A DNA stretch of 62,116 nt, filler included, from Asterionella formosa (taxonomy: Eukaryota): the NCBI GenBank assembly GCA_002256025.1. It is 5 parts of 5 records of this genome, joined end to end, with 100 filler letters (N's around TTAATTAATTAA, not from the genome) between each part and the next. Parts side by side here need not be neighbours in the genome. Positions count along the whole stretch, not along the records: positions 49,783 to 62,116 come from NKIB01007610.1; 4 more parts are not named here. The stretch is one strand, 5' to 3'. Below, one piece after another: positions 59,676 through 62,116 of the stretch. Position 1 is the first letter of the stretch. Every line of letters begins with the position of its first letter. Made by a program: the position numbers and the translations under genes. The notes below the pieces were generated by a model. The model was not told the DNA's origin and searched no databases. It saw only the letters and a list, made by a program, of their open reading frames with translations.

Positions 59676-60034
59676 CTTTGTATTCGTATGTAGTCGGGAG
59701 TAATGGTCTTCCCTTCGTCCACTATTGGTTTATGTCGTGGTAGCCTGGTCATATAGAATGTATTACGATATGAATAATTACATATATTCAAAATAGATGC
59801 ATCTGCCAGGTACCGGTAGGACCGGTACCGGTAGTCAACCAATCATGTCATCACCGCCAACCAAAATTCTTCCCCCCAAACTCACTCCTCTATCAAAGAG
59901 GGGAAACAAGAAATATCCAAGAAGTGGTTATTTACGCGTCGCCTCAAAGAGAAGACTCGACTAATCATTGATTGCTATTGCTTCAGTCGCTGTTACTGTT
60001 TTGACGGCTCCTTCAACGAGCCTAAACAAACAGA

Positions 60035-60648
60035 ATGCCCGAACACAACAAGAGAAAGAAGTACCATGACAAGGATAAGTATTATCGGCGTAAGTACAAA
60101 CACAAGAATCAATATTATTGACGCGCTTCTATAACAATCTCGTGGTGGCTGAACTCACCAATCGCATACTACCAGTTGCCAAGGAACAGGGCTTTCGCTC
60201 CCATGCCGCTTTCAAAATATCACAAATCAATCGCAAGTTTCCCATTCTGCAGAATGCCAAAGTAGTCCTCGATCTCTGCGCCGCTCCTGGCGGTTGGTCG
60301 CAGGTGGCCTCGCGCACCATGCCCAAGCAGGGATCCTTGGTCGTTGCTGTTGACATTCTCCCCATTCGATCCCTTGGTCCCAACGTCATTACTATTATTG
60401 GATACATTACCACGGAATCATGCAAAGCAGAGATTAAGCAAAACCTACAAGGCCACATGCTCGACATGGTCCTGCACGACGGTGCCCCCAACGTAGGCGC
60501 GTCCTACAATCGAGATGCCTATCTACAAAACGAAATCTCGCTGCACGCTCTCAAGTGTGCCACCCAGCATTTGAAGCCTCACGGACACTTTGTCATGAAG
60601 CTATACCGGTCCAGAGATTATCAATCCTTTCTGTGGGTCGCACAGCAA
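60035..60648 (+). pseudogene. SPB1: 5' fragment of SPB1/FTSJ3-like rRNA 2'-O-methyltransferase, truncated at a junction with Copia sequence
   Basis: Exon 60035-60089 (DKDKYYR), intron, then from 60176 AKEQGFRSHAAFK, LDLCAAPGGWSQV, LHDGAPNVG, KLYRSRDY. Homology stops at ~60648. Confidence 0.8.
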
Positions 60649-62116
60649 TATCACCTCGTTTCGTGCATACCACCTCTTTACCATCACCGACAATAACTGA
60701 GACGTTGACATTTTTGACGTTTGTCATGTATTCGTCAGTCATAGTGATGTGTGTAGTAGCCCCAGTGTCCGCGAGCCAGCGCTCCGTTCCGTTGCTTGAT
60801 GCGCAGTATTGGTCTTCGTACCACTCGTATTCCATTGTAGGGACAAAACACACGCGTAGGAGTTCTTCAGTAGGAGTCTCGGTAGCTTTCTGCATCACGT
60901 CCATGGTACCGGGGATTGCATCCGTCGCCTCCATACCGGTAATCTCCTCGCACATTCCGACGTGCATGCCGGTTTCTTTTTTCTTCTTGCCGCGTGGTGC
61001 GCGTTTTGGTTCCGGGCAGTCTCTTGCAATATGCCCGACATATTTATTGCAATTGTAGCACTTTATCTCATTTTTTTCGTTCGTACCATTTGCATTCGTT
61101 CCGCTTGTGTTCGTTTTCGATCAGCACACGTCGGCCTTGTGCCCTTGTTTGCCGCAGTTCTTGCAGATACGTTTGTATTTCTGCGTGAATAAGGCGATCT
61201 CCTTTGTGCTCTTCGTGCCCTTTAGCTTTCGTTTGTAGAATGCTTGGATCTTTCCTTTCAATTCGTTGAGGCTGATTGTTGTCATGCCCTCGATGACTGT
61301 AACAACCTCGCTGTACTCCACTGGAAGCTTGTCGATAACGTTCGCAATCACTTCCATTTCTTTCTTCTCAAATGACGGGTCGATCGCCATCATCTTGCTT
61401 TGTATTAGATCGAGCTCAATGAACCATTCTTCGTCTGGATCAGAGGAGCTATTGTTCAGCTTGCATTTGTTGAAATCGCTTGCCAGCTGGATCAGGTCCG
61501 ACACAGAATGGGGGGCATACCTCGCTTCGAGGTTCTTCCACGCCATGTATGCATCGCCATCGATCAACGTTTTCGTTTTGGCTTGGTTTACGAGTCCGAA
61601 GGCGATTCCGGTGCAGCTCATGATGAGCAACTGGTACGCCTTGTCGTTGGCCTCGTAGATAGCCCTGACTCCTTTGTCTGTCTCGACTTCGTACTCTTCG
61701 TCAGAACACGGGTTGTGGTTCTTGGAGTACATCGTTCGGAATCCTCTTGCCTTCGCCAGAGCAAGCGTTTTAACGCTCCACTGGTACCAGTTCGTTTCGT
61801 TGCCATCAAACTTGATGAGCCTCATGCTCTCTTCAGACATTTCTGTAGACATGTTAAACACTCAAGTTCGTTTATAAACGTGTTAAAGTATTACCTTTTT
61901 GATAGATCTATATCGTTAGACAAAGAAGACTATAGATAGAGATGTTCGTTTCTCTTTCCGTTTCTATATTCTTATTGTGAGTTTACTAGCTAATCTAGTT
62001 TAGGTTGTTCTGTTTGAACAAACAAACGAACTATTCTCCAAATGCTGTTTGCATTTCTAGAAACATACAATCATAGATAGACCCATGTCTATCTCACACT
62101 TACTGATCATAGGTTT
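60649..62116 (-). mobile_element. 5' part of a Ty1/Copia element (gag with two zinc knuckles, protease start), disrupted
   Basis: KFDGNETNWYQW, AWKNLEARY, DKLPVEY, CKNCGKQGHKAD, CYNCNKYVGHIARDC, WLADTGATTH. Stop/frameshift at ~61121. Sequence upstream of 61870 is probably leader/LTR. Confidence 0.9.

Noticed and set aside
12457..60648. Apparent RNA-modification cluster (Maf, ALKBH8, PPR, ALKBH6, SPB1)
   Set aside because: The genes lie on three different scaffolds joined by artificial spacers, and the SPB1 copy is broken.

Overview
Eukaryotic nuclear DNA, most likely a diatom. This is inferred from ASAFAP-type bipartite plastid presequences, short GT-AG introns, HSF and Myb-like regulators, and the mix of Copia, LINE and DNA transposons. 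The window is not one locus. It is five separate ~12.3-kb scaffolds joined by artificial N44-TTAATTAATTAA-N44 spacers: 1-12356, 12457-24804, 24905-37243, 37344-49682 and 49783-62116. Genes supported: ligand-less Rieske-like plastid protein, plastid methyltransferase, RING protein with C-terminal TM, signal-peptide spermidine synthase-like aminopropyltransferase, Maf, a TTL-family ligase fused to a PLP class-V enzyme, ALKBH8/Trm9, a Myb-like protein, a stand-alone lipoyl-like domain protein, a PPR protein, an HSF with an in-frame stop, a two-bromodomain CBP/p300-like HAT, ALKBH6, and disrupted METTL21-like and SPB1 copies. The rest is mostly decayed transposons. Most notable: the TTL-PLP enzyme fusion, the secretory-type aminopropyltransferase, GGTACC-cored repeat arrays near gene 5' ends, and a CGTCTG-terminated TIR element family with conserved micro-exons. 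Domain calls come from motif recognition by eye; no searches were run.
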